Source: Gemmatimonadales bacterium
GTDB lineage: Bacteria > Gemmatimonadota > Gemmatimonadetes > Gemmatimonadales > GWC2-71-9
Assembly: GCA_035702425.1 (NCBI GenBank)
Contig: DASSQQ010000087.1
Coordinates: forward strand, 12,143 to 76,142
DNA: 64,000 nucleotides
Direction: 5' to 3'
Shown here: positions 47,168-57,303 of the stretch, in pieces
Layout: each line of letters starts with the position of its first letter
Position numbering within the stretch: the first letter of the stretch is position 1
Notes under the pieces: generated by a model
The model's input: the letters and a program-made list of their open reading frames with translations, nothing else
The model's database searches: none
Told to the model about the DNA's origin: nothing
Made by a program: the position numbers and the translations under genes

Positions 47168-48349
47168 CTAAGGAAGCTTCGCGAGCTGGGCCTTCGCGTC
47201 CGCGACGGACCGGTCCCAGGAGCTGGGCGCGAGCGCGAGGAACCGCGCGAATGCGGCTTTGGCGTCCGCGGGACGCTGCAGGGTCAGGTCGGCGTACGCC
47301 AGTCGGTAAGGAATTTCCGGATCGCGCGGATTCACCACCATCGCGGCACGGAGGACGGAATCTCCGGCCTGGGCCTGCCCCGCCTCGACCAGGATGACCC
47401 CGAGCTGGCGCTGGAGGCTGGCATCGTCGGGCTCGACCTGGAGGGCGCGCTGGGCCTCCTCGATGGCCTGAGTCCAGACCTTGTTCTGCTCGTAAATCCG
47501 GGCCAGCTGGACGTGGGCCATGTAGAGCCCGAGGTCGTTGGAGAGGGCCTCCTGATAATCGCGGATCGCGTTCACGTAGCGGTGCGCGCGCTGCTCCACC
47601 AGCGCGATCAGGTAACGGTAGTCGTTGGTTTGCAGGGGAATGAAGACCAGGGAGTCGCCTTTCTCGTGCGCGACGGACCGGTCCAGGAGGGTCTTGAAGT
47701 CCGAAAGCGCCGTGTCGGCCTGCTGGAGCTGGGCGGCGGAAAGGCCGCGCAGCATCAGGATCGAATTGGGCACCGAGTCCCGCGGCTGATTCCGGTAGCG
47801 GCGCTCGATGTAGTGATTGAGGGCCGAGTAGGCGGTCTCGTAGTGTCCGTAGCTGTAGGAGTTGATGCCGATCACGAGCAGGACGAAGGTCGTGAACGCG
47901 CCGTAATCCCCGATCGTGATCTGCTGGTCGGTGGGAGGTTCGGAGCCGGGGATCCGGTAGTCCGCCATGGGATTGATGAGAAAGGCGCGGCGGATGGTGC
48001 GTTGCGCCGAGTCGAAGGCCGGCCGGAGCTCGGTCGAGATGCGCCCCTTTTCGGCCTGCTCCTCCAGCTTGGGGTGGGTCGCGAAGCTCAGGCCGCCGAG
48101 GGCGAGGTAGGCCGGCGCGTATTGGGGATCGATGGCGACGGCGGCTTGGAGCTCGCGTTGAGCGTCGGGATACCGCTTCTTGTCCCAGTACGCCAGGCCG
48201 AGGCGGTAGTGAAGATCCGCGTCCTCGGAGTCGGTCTGGGTGCGGGCTTCGAGGGCGGCGAGGGACTCGGCGGTGAACTTCTGGGCGAGGGCCGGGCGCG
48301 GGCTGAAAAGCGCGGCGGCGGACAGGGCGACGGCGACGGCGCGGCGCAT
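47168..48349 (-). CDS. TPR-repeat protein, exported
   Basis: 393-aa ORF with a signal peptide and repeated 34-aa TPR-like units (YRLGLAYWDKKRYPDAQRELQAAVAIDP..). Confidence 0.75.
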   Translation of the reverse strand: MRRAVAVALSAAALFSPRPALAQKFTAESLAALEARTQTDSEDADLHYRLGLAYWDKKRYPDAQRELQAAVAIDPQYAPAYLALGGLSFATHPKLEEQAEKGRISTELRPAFDSAQRTIRRAFLINPMADYRIPGSEPPTDQQITIGDYGAFTTFVLLVIGINSYSYGHYETAYSALNHYIERRYRNQPRDSVPNSILMLRGLSAAQLQQADTALSDFKTLLDRSVAHEKGDSLVFIPLQTNDYRYLIALVEQRAHRYVNAIRDYQEALSNDLGLYMAHVQLARIYEQNKVWTQAIEEAQRALQVEPDDASLQRQLGVILVEAGQAQAGDSVLRAAMVVNPRDPEIPYRLAYADLTLQRPADAKAAFARFLALAPSSWDRSVADAKAQLAKLP

Positions 48350-48492
48350 CCTCTCCTCCTTGGTTTGAAGCGCGCTCCGCTGGGAGGCGCGCGGGCAAAA
48401 GTAGCCCTACCCGCCCGAGCCGCAATGGCGCGGGTTCCGGGGAGCGCCGATATTCCCGGCTCCGGCAGCTCACCTCCTCGCTCGAGGCCGCC

Positions 48493-48972
48493 ATGGACGA
48501 CGCCGCGAAGAAAACCGTGCTCCGCCAATTCCCCTACGGCCTCTACGCGGTCACCGTGAAGGCGGGCGCGGACGAACACGCCATGACCGCCAACTGGATC
48601 ACGCAATCCTCGTTCGAGCCGCCGATGGTCACGGTGGCGGTCGAGAACACGTCCCGCACCATCGGGCTGATCCGGGATGCCCACCACTTCGCGATCAACC
48701 TGCTGCAGAAGGGCCAACGGGACCTCGCCGGAAAGCTGGGACGCTCCTCGGAGCAGACGCCGCAGAAGTTGAAGGGGATCAAAACGAAACCGGCGCCCGT
48801 GTCGGGGGCGCCGGTGCTGGGCGAGGCGGTGGGGTGGATCGAGTGCCGCCTCGTCGCCACCATGCCGTCCGGCGATCACACCCTGGTGCTGGGGGAAATC
48901 GTCGGCGCCGGCGTCGAGGAGGGGGGCGACCCCCTCACCCTCCAGGAGGCGGGCTTCAAGTACTCGGGCTAA
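48493..48972 (+). CDS. Flavin reductase-like FMN-binding split-barrel protein
   Basis: 159-aa ORF with the GLYAVTVKAGADEHAMTANWITQSSFEPPMV signature. Confidence 0.85.
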   Translation: MDDAAKKTVLRQFPYGLYAVTVKAGADEHAMTANWITQSSFEPPMVTVAVENTSRTIGLIRDAHHFAINLLQKGQRDLAGKLGRSSEQTPQKLKGIKTKPAPVSGAPVLGEAVGWIECRLVATMPSGDHTLVLGEIVGAGVEEGGDPLTLQEAGFKYSG

Positions 48973-50636
48973 CGCGCCCGGTAAACCACGTTCCCGCCCG
49001 ACACGGTGTAGCGCACGCTGGCGCGATCCAGCGAGTCCGCCGGCGTGGTGAAGAGATTCCGGTCCAGCACCACCACGTCTCCGTAATAACCCGGCGCGAG
49101 CGTCCCCCACTTCTTCTCCATGAACATTCCCCACGCGGTGCCGCTGGTGTAGGCCCGCAGCGTCTCGGCAAGCGAGATCTTCTGCTCCGGCACCCAGCCG
49201 TTGGGGTTCTTCCCGTCCAGAGTGCGGCGGGTGACGGCCGCGTAAACGCCGAGCAGGGGATTGAGCGGCGCGACGGTCCAGTCGGTCCCGAAGGCGAGCG
49301 GCGCGCCGGTGTCGAGCAGGGTGCGGAACGCGTACGTGGTCTTGATGCGCACCGGTCCGATGCGCGCCTCCACCCAGCGCCCGTCGTCGATGGCGTGATA
49401 GGGCTGCATCGAGGCGAGAATGTGATCCCGCCCGAAGATCGGAATGTCCTGCGGCCGCAGGTGCTGGGCGTGCTCCACCCGGAAGCGGCGGTCCCGGGGC
49501 CCGTGCACTTTGGTGAGGGAGTCGTAGATCGCGAGGATGATGGCGTTGGCGCGATCCCCGATGGCGTGCACCGCCACCTGGAGGCCGGCGGAATCGGCGG
49601 CCCCGACCCAGGTGCGCATGTCCTGCTCGGTGTTCTGGGTGAGCCCGTAGTAGCCCGCCGAATCCGAGTAGGGTTCGAAGAAAAACGCGGTGCGCGACCC
49701 CGCCGACCCGTCCATGTACCCCTTGAGCCCGCCGATGCGCACCCAATCGTCCCCCTGCCCGCCGGCCTTGATCGAGTCCGCCACGCGGCGCCACTGATCG
49801 AGCGGCAGGTAGACGGCGACCCGCAGCGTCATCCGTCCGGCGCGCTCCATCCGGCGGTAACTCGCGAGGTCGGCCCAGGAGGCCGACATGTGGGCGGTGG
49901 CGGTGACGCCGAGCGACGCCGCGTAGGCGAGCGCGCGCGCGGTGGCCGAGTCTTCCTGCTCCGGGGTGGGATCGGGGACGGCGCGGTCGATCAACCCCAG
50001 CGCCTGGTCCTTGAAGATCCCGGTGGGCTCACCGGCGGCGTCGTGCAGGATCTGGCCGCCGTAGGGGGTCGGTGTGTCCCGGGTGACGCCCGCGGCCTTG
50101 AGCGCGGCGCTGTTGGCGAGCGCCTCGTGGCCGTCCAGCCGGTTGATGAACACGGGATTGTTGGGCGTGACGGAGTCGATCCACTCCCTGGTGGGGAGGG
50201 GTGCGCCGGGCCAGAGAGTATGGTCCCAGTCGCCCCCCAGAATCCACTGGCCGGGCGGGACGTGCTTCGCGTACTCGGCGACGCGGCGGATGAACTCCTG
50301 CGGGGTCGCCGCGCTGCGCAGGTCGATCGAGGCGAGCTGGAATCCGCCGTCCACGAAGTGGGTGTGGCTGTCGGCGAACCCGGGCATGATCAGGCCGCCG
50401 TGCGCTGAGAGGATCTGGGTCTTCGGCCCCACGTACCGGGCCACGCGGGCGCTGTCGCCCACGGCGAGGATCCTGTCGCCCGCGATGGCCACCGCACCCG
50501 GCTTCGCCGCGTCGAGGGAGGCGCCGGTCCAGAGCATGCCGCCGGTGATCACGAGATCCGCCACGGCGGGCGGCCGGGTGCCGAGCGCGGCGAGCGTGGC
50601 GAGGCTGACCCCGGCGAGGATCGAGACACGGCGCAT
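48969..50636 (-). CDS. Amidohydrolase-family metallo-hydrolase (YtcJ-like)
   Basis: 555-aa ORF with a signal peptide, the metal-binding motif GFADSHTHF and a later HAIGD. Confidence 0.85.
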   Translation of the reverse strand: MRRVSILAGVSLATLAALGTRPPAVADLVITGGMLWTGASLDAAKPGAVAIAGDRILAVGDSARVARYVGPKTQILSAHGGLIMPGFADSHTHFVDGGFQLASIDLRSAATPQEFIRRVAEYAKHVPPGQWILGGDWDHTLWPGAPLPTREWIDSVTPNNPVFINRLDGHEALANSAALKAAGVTRDTPTPYGGQILHDAAGEPTGIFKDQALGLIDRAVPDPTPEQEDSATARALAYAASLGVTATAHMSASWADLASYRRMERAGRMTLRVAVYLPLDQWRRVADSIKAGGQGDDWVRIGGLKGYMDGSAGSRTAFFFEPYSDSAGYYGLTQNTEQDMRTWVGAADSAGLQVAVHAIGDRANAIILAIYDSLTKVHGPRDRRFRVEHAQHLRPQDIPIFGRDHILASMQPYHAIDDGRWVEARIGPVRIKTTYAFRTLLDTGAPLAFGTDWTVAPLNPLLGVYAAVTRRTLDGKNPNGWVPEQKISLAETLRAYTSGTAWGMFMEKKWGTLAPGYYGDVVVLDRNLFTTPADSLDRASVRYTVSGGNVVYRAR

Positions 50637-50651
50637 GAGGCGAATCCTTTC

Positions 50652-50894
50652 CTAGAGTTTCGAAATGCGGCGGATGGTCTGGAGCGTGGCGATGGGATCA
50701 GGCCCGGGAGACGACTCCCGCTGACCCAGGGCGTCGCGGATGTCGAGAAGCACTTCGAGCAGGAGCTGCTCCCGCTGATAGGCGGCGTCCACGTCGGCCA
50801 TTCGCCGCTCGTCGCCCGTGGCCTTGGCGCGATCGTAGGCCTCGCGGTAGACGGCTTCGAGGTTGGCGAGGATGCGGTCGCGGGGGCGGGGCAT
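50652..50894 (-). CDS. Small hypothetical protein
   Basis: 80-aa ORF with strongly GC3-biased codons. I recognise no family. Confidence 0.5.
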   Translation of the reverse strand: MPRPRDRILANLEAVYREAYDRAKATGDERRMADVDAAYQREQLLLEVLLDIRDALGQRESSPGPDPIATLQTIRRISKL

Positions 50895-50970
50895 GGGGGG
50901 AAACTACAACGGCAAAGCGACGGACGGGAGCGACGGACCCGCCGGCGAGCCCCGGGGGCCGCGCGTCGCG

Positions 50971-52218
50971 TTATGCCGCGCCCTCCGCCCTCACCACCAC
51001 CCCGCTCGGCACCTTGGGAATGAAATAGGTGGACTTCGGCGGCATCACATCGCCGGCATCCGCCACCGCGATCACCTGCTCCACCCGCGTCGGGTTCAGG
51101 AGCACCGCGGCCGTCGCCTTGCGCTGGCGCACCCGCTCCACCGCGTTCTCGGCGTCCGGCGTGTAGCCCAGCGTGACGGTGGCGCTCCCCGCGCGGACGA
51201 TGGGGCCGATCACCAGGGCCTCGGCGATGGAGACGTCGAGAGAGCGGACTGAGGGCGTGCGCCCCAGCTCGGGCACCTGGTCGAGCGACGCGTCCCGGCG
51301 CAGGGTGAGCACCAGCTCGTCACCACCGGAGAGCGCGAGCCAGAAGGCGGTGTGGTCCTTCCCCCTCTCGGCGAGCCGCGCCGCGCGGTCGCCCATCGTG
51401 CCCGCGGGCTCGACGTCGAACCAGCGGCGCCATTCCTGGGTGAGTTTTCCCACGTCCCGGCCGGGCGCCAGAAGCACGCGATGGGTGGGAAGCACCGCGA
51501 GCCCCGGATCCCGCGCCGAGACGATGAGGCCGAGGACCCGCCCGTCGCCGCCGTCGGCGGCGTGGGTCGCCGCGGTCTCGTAGCGGTGATGCCCGTCGGC
51601 GATGTACAGCGGGGCTTGGGGAATGGGGATCCGGGACAGCGCGTTTCCGCTCACCACCCAGAGTGCGATGCGGACTCCGTCCAGTTCCGCCGTCGCGTCG
51701 GGCGCGGCACGGGTCGCCGCCGCCAGCGCCGCGTCGAGCGTGCCGTCGGCGTCCGGCGCGATGAGGAAGATGGATTCGAGGTTGGTCTTCGTGGCCTGGA
51801 GCAGGGCGAGGCGGTCGGCCTTGGGACCGGCGTGGGTGCGCTCGTGGGGCCGTACCCGCCGGGTGTCGTAGGACTCCGCCGCCACCGCCCCGAAGAAACC
51901 GCGGCGGGTGCGCCGCTCGCCGGAGGGCAGGGAGAACTCCTGCGCCACCACGTACACCGAGGGCCGGGCGTCGCGGGCCAGGACGCCCTCGGCGCGCCAG
52001 CGCGCGAGCTCGGCCGCGGCCCAGGCGTAGCGGTCGCCACCCGAGGGCGCTTCCGGCAGCATCACGTGCACGATATTGTGAGCCTCAGCCGCGTAGCGCG
52101 CCCGCTCGTTCGCCGCGATGACGTCGTAGGGCGGCGCGATCAGACGCCCCAGGCGGGCGGTGTCACGATAGCGTTCGCCGCGAAACGGGATCACCAGCTC
52201 CGGCAGGGGCGAGGACAT
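50971..52218 (-). CDS. DUF1015 family protein
   Basis: Carries the PFRGERY and IAPPYDVI motifs. ATG 52218 is preceded by GGAGG 10 nt upstream. The track start at TTG 52227 sits too close to that SD. Confidence 0.8.
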   Translation of the reverse strand: MSSPLPELVIPFRGERYRDTARLGRLIAPPYDVIAANERARYAAEAHNIVHVMLPEAPSGGDRYAWAAAELARWRAEGVLARDARPSVYVVAQEFSLPSGERRTRRGFFGAVAAESYDTRRVRPHERTHAGPKADRLALLQATKTNLESIFLIAPDADGTLDAALAAATRAAPDATAELDGVRIALWVVSGNALSRIPIPQAPLYIADGHHRYETAATHAADGGDGRVLGLIVSARDPGLAVLPTHRVLLAPGRDVGKLTQEWRRWFDVEPAGTMGDRAARLAERGKDHTAFWLALSGGDELVLTLRRDASLDQVPELGRTPSVRSLDVSIAEALVIGPIVRAGSATVTLGYTPDAENAVERVRQRKATAAVLLNPTRVEQVIAVADAGDVMPPKSTYFIPKVPSGVVVRAEGAA

Positions 52219-52244
52219 CCAGATCAAACCTCCGAGAGGACCAC

Positions 52245-52565
52245 GTGAGCTTCCGCGACGCGCAGGATACGGTGGACCGGTGGATCGGGCAATTCGAAGA
52301 GGGCTACTTCCCGCCGCTCGCCAACGTGGCCCGGCTCGCGGAAGAAGTGGGCGAGGTGGCGCGCGAAGTCAATCACCGCTTCGGACCGAAAGTGAAGAAG
52401 GCGGATGAGCCGCCCGCCGACTTGGGGCGGGAGCTCGCCGACGTGCTCTTCGTCGTGATCTGCCTCGCCAACTCGCAGCAGATCGACCTCGACCGCTCCT
52501 TCGACGCGATGATGGGGGAGATCACCGCTCGCGACGCTTCGCGGTGGACCAGGAAGGCACGCTGA
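52245..52565 (+). CDS. MazG-like nucleotide pyrophosphohydrolase (small type)
   Basis: 106-aa ORF with the EEVGEVAREV ... ELADVLFVVICLAN motif pair. Confidence 0.85.
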   Translation: MSFRDAQDTVDRWIGQFEEGYFPPLANVARLAEEVGEVAREVNHRFGPKVKKADEPPADLGRELADVLFVVICLANSQQIDLDRSFDAMMGEITARDASRWTRKAR

Positions 52566-53439
52566 CCTCCTCGTAGATCCGCGCGTAGGAAACGAGGCGG
52601 TCGGCGTCGAAGGCCCCCCGCTCCGCCGCGCCCCGCACGGCGCATTCGGGCTCCGCGAGATGGCGGCAGTTGTCGAACCGGCAGCGATCGAGATATTCGC
52701 GGAACTCCGGGAAGCACGCGCCCAGGCCGTCGGCGTCGAGCTTCCAGGTCCCCACTTCCCGCAGACCCGGCGTGTCCACCACGTAACCGCCCTGCGCGAG
52801 CGGCACCAGCTCGGCCGCGGTGGTGGTGTGCCGCCCGGTCCGCCATTTCCTGCTGATCTCTCCGGTGCGGAGGCCGAGCCCCGGCTCGAGCGCGTTCAAG
52901 AGGCTCGACTTCCCGACGCCCGAGGGGCCGGTGAACACCGACTCCCGCCCCCGCAGGAGATCGCGCAGCGCGGCGAGCCCCTCGGCCCCTTTCACCGAGG
53001 TGTGCAGGACCTGATACCCCGCGGGCGCAAAGCGCCGGGCGAGCGCGTCCGCGCGCTCGCGGTCCAGCTCGACCTTGTTCACCACCACCACCGGCGGGAG
53101 GTGGTTCGCCTCCGCGATCACCAGGAAGCGGTCCATCATCCGTGGATTGGGATCGGGATCCTTCGCCGCCACCACCACCACCACCTGGTCCACGTTCGCG
53201 GCCACGGGCTGGGCCCGCCGGCCACCCGCCGCCCGGCGCGCGAGCACCGTGCGCCGGGGCCGGATCCCGGAGATGGTGGCGCCGTCCGGGTGCGGCTCGA
53301 GCTCCACTACGTCCCCGGGAACCACGCGATCGTCGTCCGCGTGCTTCAGCTTTCCGCGGAGCGTGGCCGTGATCTCCCGCCCCTCGGCGTGAACCCGCAG
53401 GACACCGCCCCGCCGCCCCAGGACCACCCCCGTGGTCAC
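52522..53439 (-). CDS. rsgA: Ribosome small-subunit-dependent GTPase A
   Basis: 305-aa ORF with an OB-fold N-terminus, circularly permuted GTPase motifs (NKVEL, GPSGVGKSSLLN, DTPG) and a C-terminal zinc knuckle (CRFDNCRHLAEPEC). Confidence 0.9.
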   Translation of the reverse strand: MTTGVVLGRRGGVLRVHAEGREITATLRGKLKHADDDRVVPGDVVELEPHPDGATISGIRPRRTVLARRAAGGRRAQPVAANVDQVVVVVAAKDPDPNPRMMDRFLVIAEANHLPPVVVVNKVELDRERADALARRFAPAGYQVLHTSVKGAEGLAALRDLLRGRESVFTGPSGVGKSSLLNALEPGLGLRTGEISRKWRTGRHTTTAAELVPLAQGGYVVDTPGLREVGTWKLDADGLGACFPEFREYLDRCRFDNCRHLAEPECAVRGAAERGAFDADRLVSYARIYEEVSVPSWSTAKRRER

Positions 53440-53669
53440 GTGCCGCCTCCTTCACCGGCCCCTTTGCCTCGCGCGATGCACCGCTCGAGATGCGCTTTCA
53501 CCTCGTGGAGACTCAGTGCGAGCACCGGAGCGAGCGCCTGGTCCGCGGTCTCGGCGAAGGCGAGGTAGTCGGTCTCCAGGTGTCCCGCCGGTTTCGCGGC
53601 GCCTTCGGTCCAGCGCAGAAAGAGGAGCGCCGCGCCGAACCGTCCGCTCGCGTCCGGCTCGTCGTCCAC
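53436..53669 (-). CDS. Hypothetical protein (minimal ORF; probably extends upstream to about 53777)
   Basis: 77 aa from GTG 53669. The GC3-rich in-frame coding signal continues 36 codons upstream to an ACG that is preceded by GAAGGAG. The stop overlaps the rsgA start. Confidence 0.45.
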   Translation of the reverse strand: MDDEPDASGRFGAALLFLRWTEGAAKPAGHLETDYLAFAETADQALAPVLALSLHEVKAHLERCIARGKGAGEGGGT

Positions 53670-53911
53670 GAAGGTGGCGACGGAATACGAGAGACCGTCC
53701 GAGCCGCCGAAGGCGGGCGCGCGTTCGTGGGTGGAGAGATAACCGCCCAGGGTGGCGTCGCGGCTCAGCTCCGCCGTAACGACTCCTTCACTTCGCGCGC
53801 CGCCCGCGCCGCGCGAGACCGCTGGAGCGCACGAAACCAGGAACCCGCGGTTGCTCGGAGACCCAGAGGAGGCCGGCGCGGAGCGTCAGAGGGGAATCTC
53901 CTGGCGGCAGA

Positions 53912-56044
53912 TCAGGAGTAGAACTTGGCGTGCCGCCGCGACTGGTCCTCGAGGACTTCGCAGGGTTTGAAGCGCGGACCGTGCCGGTCGGCGAGCCGCT
54001 CCAGGTCGGCGACCACGCGCGCCGCGCCGAGATCGTCGGCGTAGCGGAGCGGCCCGCCGCGGAAGGGCGGGAAGCCGATGCCGAAGATCGCCGCGAGATC
54101 GCCGTCCCGCGGATTGTGGACCACGCCCTCGCCCACGGCGCGCGCGGCCTCGTTCACCATGGCGAGCGTCAGCCGCTGGATCACTTCAGCGGGCCGCAGG
54201 CCGCCGTTGGGATGCACCCCGGCGATGCCGTAGGCCTCGGGATCCACGCCCGCCTTCTTTCCCTTCCTGTAGCGGTAGAACCCTTTGCCCGCCTTGCGGC
54301 CGAGTCGTCCCGCCTTGACGAGCGGGAGGAAGAGCGGGGCCGGCGCGAGGCGCTCGCCGAAGGCGTCGTGCAGGACCTCGCCCGCGTGCTGGGCGACGTC
54401 CAGCCCCACTTCGTCGAGCAGGGTGATGGGACCGACCGGAAAGCCGAACTGCACCATCAGCCGGTCGATCTCTTCCACCGCCACGCCGGCGAGGAGCAGG
54501 TGCCCGGCTTCGGTCATGTAGGGACCGAGGATCCGGTTCACCCAGAACCCGGGCGCGTCCTTCACCACGATGGCGGTCTTGCCCATCTTCCGGCCGAACC
54601 CGACGGCGGTGCTGACGGTCGCGGGCGAGGTCCGCGCCGACGGAATGACTTCGAGCAGGGGCATCCGCGCCACCGGCGAAAAGAAGTGCATCCCGATCAC
54701 CTGCTCCGGGCGCCGCGAGGCCTCCGCGATCCGCGCGATGGGGATGGTGGAGGTGTTGGACGCGAAGATGGTCCGCTCGGCGGCCGCCGCTTCCACCTCG
54801 CGCAGCACCTGCTGCTTCACGGTCAGCTCCTCGAACACCGCCTCGATCACGAGATCGGCGCGCTTGAAGCCGGTGAACGCGGCGTCGCCCGAGACCAGCG
54901 CGGTGAGCCGCGCGTGCTCGAAGCGGGTGATCCGGCGGCGCGCGAGCCGTTCGTCCAGTATCTGGCGGGCGGCGGCGATGCCCTTGCCCACGCGCGGCAG
55001 GTCGGCGTCCTTCATCCGGACGTCCACGCCCGCTTGCGCCACCGCGGTGCCGGCGATCCCCGCGCCCATGAACCCCGCGCCGACCACGCCCAGCCGCTTC
55101 ACTTCCGCCGCGGGCGGCGGGTTCGCGATCCCGAAGTCCTTCTTGATGGCGGTAGTCGCGAAGAAGAGCTGGACCAGCTTGCGCGAGACGTCGGTGACGG
55201 CGAGGCGGCCGAACTCGCGGGCCTCGAAACGGAGTCCTTCCTGCATCCCGCGGGAGAGTCCGTGCGCGATGACCTCGAGAGCGGCGAGGGGCGCGGGGTA
55301 ATTGCCGCCGGTCTTCGCGAGCGTCTGTTTCCGCGCCATCCGGAAGACGAGGGCGCGCCCCAGCGGATTCCCGTCGAGGAGCCAGCCGGCGAAGCCGCCG
55401 GGGCGGCGGCGCCGGGGCCGCCACCCGCCGGCGAGACGCCGCGCGGCGGCGAGCGTCACGTCCTTCAGAATCGCCCGCGGAACGAGCTCATCCACGATCC
55501 CCAGACGGAACGCCTTCTGCGCGCGCTCGGCCTTGCCGGCGAGAATCATGTCCAGCGCCGCGCGCGCGCCGATGAGCCGCGGCAGGCGCTGGCACCCGCC
55601 GGCGCCGGGCAGGATGCCGAGCTGGATTTCGGGGAGGCCGATCTGGGTCTTCGGGTGATCGCTCGCCACCCGGTAACTCGCGGCGAGGGCGAACTCGAGC
55701 CCGCCGCCCAGACAGGCGCCGTGAATCCCGACCGCGAGCGGCTTGGGGAAGCGCGCCACCCTCTCGAGCAGGGCCTGGCCATCGGCCGAGAGCCGCTCCG
55801 CCTCGGCCGCGGTGGTGAGCTGGACGAACTCCTGAATGTCGGCGCCGGCGATGAAGTTGTCGGACTTCCCCGAAAACACCGCGACCGCCTTCACCCCGTC
55901 GGCGCCGGCGAGGGCCTCGAGGGTGGCGATCATGTCCTTCTTGACCGCGCTCGAGATCTTGTTGACGGGCTCGCCCTGAAGGTCGAGCGTCACCACCGCG
56001 ATGCCGTCCGCGATCTCCCAGGAAAACGCGCCGCGCGAGGGCAT
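53912..56044 (-). CDS. Fatty-acid oxidation multifunctional protein (enoyl-CoA hydratase / 3-hydroxyacyl-CoA dehydrogenase), FadJ/FadB-like
   Basis: 710-aa ORF with an N-terminal crotonase fold followed by an NAD-binding 3HCDH domain (VVGAGFMGAGIA). Confidence 0.9.
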   Translation of the reverse strand: MPSRGAFSWEIADGIAVVTLDLQGEPVNKISSAVKKDMIATLEALAGADGVKAVAVFSGKSDNFIAGADIQEFVQLTTAAEAERLSADGQALLERVARFPKPLAVGIHGACLGGGLEFALAASYRVASDHPKTQIGLPEIQLGILPGAGGCQRLPRLIGARAALDMILAGKAERAQKAFRLGIVDELVPRAILKDVTLAAARRLAGGWRPRRRRPGGFAGWLLDGNPLGRALVFRMARKQTLAKTGGNYPAPLAALEVIAHGLSRGMQEGLRFEAREFGRLAVTDVSRKLVQLFFATTAIKKDFGIANPPPAAEVKRLGVVGAGFMGAGIAGTAVAQAGVDVRMKDADLPRVGKGIAAARQILDERLARRRITRFEHARLTALVSGDAAFTGFKRADLVIEAVFEELTVKQQVLREVEAAAAERTIFASNTSTIPIARIAEASRRPEQVIGMHFFSPVARMPLLEVIPSARTSPATVSTAVGFGRKMGKTAIVVKDAPGFWVNRILGPYMTEAGHLLLAGVAVEEIDRLMVQFGFPVGPITLLDEVGLDVAQHAGEVLHDAFGERLAPAPLFLPLVKAGRLGRKAGKGFYRYRKGKKAGVDPEAYGIAGVHPNGGLRPAEVIQRLTLAMVNEAARAVGEGVVHNPRDGDLAAIFGIGFPPFRGGPLRYADDLGAARVVADLERLADRHGPRFKPCEVLEDQSRRHAKFYS

Positions 56045-57303
56045 CAGCGACGCTCCAGAACCATGGCCAGCGCCATCCCGCCCTGCGCGCAGATCGAGAT
56101 CAGGCCCAGCTCCACGTTGCGCCGCTTCATTTCATTGGCGAGGGTCGTGACCAGGCGGCCCCCGGTGGCGCCGAAGGGGTGCCCGATCGCGATCGAGCCG
56201 CCCATCACGTTGATGATGTCCTCGTTGATCTCCCAGCCCTTGGCCTTGAAGCCCTGCAGGTTGGACAGCACCTGAGCCGCGAAAGCCTCGTGGATTTCGA
56301 TCAAGCCGAGGTCCTTCCAGGCGGCGCCGGCGCGCTCCAGGGCCTTGGGCACCGCCCAGACCGGGCCCTGCAGGAGCTGCCAGCCGGGGTCCACCGCGGC
56401 GACCGCGTAGCTGCGGACGAAGGCGAGCGGCTCGTAGCCAAGAGCGCGGGCCGCGTCCTCGCTCATGAGGAGCACGGCGGACGCCCCGTCCGTGAGGGGC
56501 GACGAGTTGGCGGCGGTGATCGTGCCGTAGCGCCGGTCGAACACCGGCTTGAGCTTCGCCATCTGCTCGAGCGACGCGTCGGCACGGACGCCGTTGTCCT
56601 GGGTCACCGCCGGCTGGTCGGCGCGGGTGGGGAACCAGGGGACGATCTCGGCGGTGAGGCGGCCGTCCTTGGTGCCCGCCGCCGCGCGCTGGTGCGAGAT
56701 CAGGGCCCAGCGATCCTGCGCCTCCCGGCCGATCCCGTTCTCCTTCGCCATTTTCTCGGCCGACTGTCCCATGGACTCGCCGGTGGAGGGCTCGGCGATC
56801 GCCGGCGCCACCGGAGCGAGATCCCGGGGGCGGATCCGGGAGAAGCTCTTGAGGCGCGCGCCCAGGGTCTTGGCCTTGCTCGCTTCGACGAGAATGTCCG
56901 CGAGGCGGCGCGAGGCGAGAATGGGGATGTCGGAGAGCGACTCCACGCCCCCCGCGAGAATCACGTCGGCGTGGCCCAGCGCGATCTGGTCGGCGGCGTT
57001 GCTGACGGCTTGTCCCGCGGAGGCGCAGGCCCGGTTCAACGAGTAGGCGGGGACTTCTTTCGGGAGCTGGGGGAGGAGACTCACCTCGCGCGCGACGTTG
57101 GGCACGAGCGGCGAGGCCACCACCTGCCCGAAGATCACCTCGTTGACGACGGTGGGATCGAGATTGGTGCGCTCGATCAGCTCGCGCGCGGCGTGGCGCG
57201 CGAGGTCCACCGCCCGCACGTCCTTGAGCACGGTTCCCGATTTGCAGAACGGCGTGCGGCAACCGGCCACGATGGCCACGCGCCGCCCGTTCGAGTTCGG
57301 CAT
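56044..57303 (-). CDS. Acetyl-CoA C-acyltransferase (thiolase), FadA/FadI-like
   Basis: 419-aa ORF with the active-site Cys context NRACASAGQA and the C-terminal motifs GGSIAIGHPFGATG and CAQGGMA. Confidence 0.9.
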   Translation of the reverse strand: MPNSNGRRVAIVAGCRTPFCKSGTVLKDVRAVDLARHAARELIERTNLDPTVVNEVIFGQVVASPLVPNVAREVSLLPQLPKEVPAYSLNRACASAGQAVSNAADQIALGHADVILAGGVESLSDIPILASRRLADILVEASKAKTLGARLKSFSRIRPRDLAPVAPAIAEPSTGESMGQSAEKMAKENGIGREAQDRWALISHQRAAAGTKDGRLTAEIVPWFPTRADQPAVTQDNGVRADASLEQMAKLKPVFDRRYGTITAANSSPLTDGASAVLLMSEDAARALGYEPLAFVRSYAVAAVDPGWQLLQGPVWAVPKALERAGAAWKDLGLIEIHEAFAAQVLSNLQGFKAKGWEINEDIINVMGGSIAIGHPFGATGGRLVTTLANEMKRRNVELGLISICAQGGMALAMVLERR

